Positions 62,081 through 64,000 of a stretch of 64,000 nt of DNA are shown in pieces. The translations under genes were made by a program, and so were the position numbers. The notes below the pieces were generated by a model that searched no databases, was not told the DNA's origin, and was given only the letters and a program-made list of their open reading frames with translations. The first letter of the stretch is position 1. The number at the start of each line of letters is the position of its first letter. Source of the DNA: Selaginella moellendorffii (taxonomy: Eukaryota; Plantae; Lycopodiophyta); the NCBI RefSeq assembly GCF_000143415.4, contig NW_003314266.1, positions 2,366,078 through 2,430,077 of the forward strand, written 5' to 3'.

Positions 62081-62403
62081 GTCACTCGAGATCAACAAAT
62101 TTGTGTGAGTTGTCTGACCTGTGGGAAACCCTAGGTTAAGATGTTAGCAGAGGTTCTAGCAAAGGTCACCAACAAGGCTAATGATGAGGCTATAGTGATT
62201 CTCCACTTCACTAGTGTGTCGTCGCAAAGAGTGACATCTTCTAGTGCACTACCCTGGAAATGGCTATGTGCCCTCTCGTCAACCTCTAGCACCAAGGGAC
62301 TCACCCATCCATAACCAAAAAAAGAAGGAAAAATTCTTGATTTCGACTAAGTTTTATTCTTGAGTTGGCTTTAGCCCTAGACAAAGCATTTGAAAACTCT
62401 AGT

Positions 62404-62736
62404 TTGCAACCAAGCTTTTGAACTTAAATCTCAGCATAAGACCTATATTTATAGTAAATTTGTCAATACAACATAAAAATATAAAGATAAATTTTCATAT
62501 ACAAGCATAAATTATTGCAACCAAGCTTTTGAACTTAAATCTCAGCATAAGACCTATATTTATAGTAAATTTGTCAATACAACATAAAAATATAAAGATA
62601 AATTTTCATATACAAGCATAAATTATTGCAACCAAGCTTTTGAACTTAAATCTCAGCATAAGACCTATATTTATAGTAAATTTGTCAATACAACATAAAA
62701 ATATAAAGATAAATTTTCATATACAAGCATAAATTA
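62404..62736 (+). repeat. Perfect tandem triplication of a 111-bp unit
   Basis: Units start at 62404, 62515 and 62626 (TTGCAACCAAGCTTTTGAAC...) and appear identical. Confidence 0.95.
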
Positions 62737-62789
62737 CTTTTAAAATCACAATCAAAAGCTCAAGAGCTGAGCTCAATTTGTAATTATAA

Positions 62790-63472
62790 TTTTTTAAAAA
62801 GAAATTTTATTAATTGTAATCCACTTCCAGCTAATTATATACTTAGTGGTCTATATATTAGAAATACATCTACACAAATATTAAGACTTGTAGAATATCA
62901 TGCACGTTCATTAGGTCTAGGAATGATCAGAACAGTATATAAATATTTTGCAATAGATTTTGTTGGACTTGGAATTGGCCAAAGAAATCCTAATGAGGAA
63001 TGTCCTATTTTACAATATCCCAAACATTTACCCAATGATAATAATCTCTCTCCTAACATTTTCAGGAATTATGATTCTGATAATTCACAATGCTGGCTAT
63101 TTCGAACACAATTAATTAATGAACCTTTAATACTACTTGATACTCATATAGTAAATGGTAACAGCTTAATATCTGTGAATAATAGATTTCAAGCTGTTTT
63201 GAAAAATCATAATTTAGTAATCAAAGACATTAAATATTATAAAACTATATGGTCTACAATGTCGAACAACATGATACTTTTTGTTTTCTTCATCTTCAAC
63301 TTGATGGTCATTTACTTATAATAGATACTAATAATCATATTTTATGGAAAAATAATGTTTTCTGCCAAGATTGTTTACTATTTGCAATTTTCACAATGGA
63401 AGATACAGGGATTTAACTGTAACAACTTATAAAAATGGTTCTAAGAAAATACTATGGATAAATAAATTCTAA
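62790..63472 (+). pseudogene. Lectin-fusion family copy 5 (5'-truncated, frameshifted)
   Basis: FINCNPLP...QILRLVEYHARSLGLGMIRTVYKYFAIDFV...RNPNE...YPKHLPND; frameshift near 63270; LQLDGHL and MEDTG follow in another frame; stop at 63472. Confidence 0.88.
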
Positions 63473-64000
63473 TAGAAAACATTAACATTATTTTGATACT
63501 TCACAGAAGTAAATGTTAAAATAAATCTATAATTTGACATAAGTGGACTAGAACCACATGTAATAATACTCAATATTTTAGCTCTAAGAAAGTAGGAGCT
63601 TCAATAACAACTTTCACTTGAATATATAAAACAAAATGAATAAACTATTTCTAATAAATAAAATTTTAATAAATAAAATCTAGACCTTTATAATATTGAG
63701 AAGTTGTATATAAGCTCTATTTCGTTAAAGTGGGATTTATTCAGTAAAATGGGACTAGGTACAAATTTTCAAGTATTTGAAAATGACGTGAAATTATATG
63801 TTTTTTGTCCAGGGGCTAGACATATCTGGGGCATGGTGACTAGCGCGGTGACCTTATGTCCAGACTGAGTCCATCTAGTTGTATAATAAATCTCATTGTC
63901 AAGGTGAACAAGCCGAATCTGAAGCTAAAGAAGAGCGATGGCATGCGCGCACACACTATTTGTTTGTTCATTGAGCGTGTGGTGAGCTTTCCAAGATGAA

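Overview
Eukaryotic plant genomic DNA. The very short introns, tightly packed genes and PLS-class PPR gene suggest the lycophyte Selaginella (inference). A GC-rich, gene-dense core at about 36.3-49.8 kb holds a PPR gene, a SAP-type PARP2, a plastid ribosome recycling factor, an intronless SET-domain gene, a DUF1442-ACT fusion gene, an F-box/kelch gene and an unknown membrane protein. It is flanked by AT-rich, LTR-retrotransposon-rich DNA. The main observation is a five-copy family of intronless, AT-rich genes (three intact, two broken) encoding a secreted protein: signal peptide, an unrecognised ~140-aa domain (possibly KP4-toxin-like), a conserved YPKGLPDDxNPPPN linker, and a C-terminal bulb-type lectin domain. 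Other observations: an unannotated two-exon secreted PLAT gene; a ~3.8-kb inverted segmental duplication with an internal micro-inversion; a cassette of Penelope-like RT, an opposite-strand PD-(D/E)xK-like ORF and a 25S rRNA fragment; three 5S-rRNA-derived LTR-end repeats; a ParB/Srx-like exon; and a deletion-riddled copy of the PPR/PARP locus. All homology calls are by eye and no database search was run.
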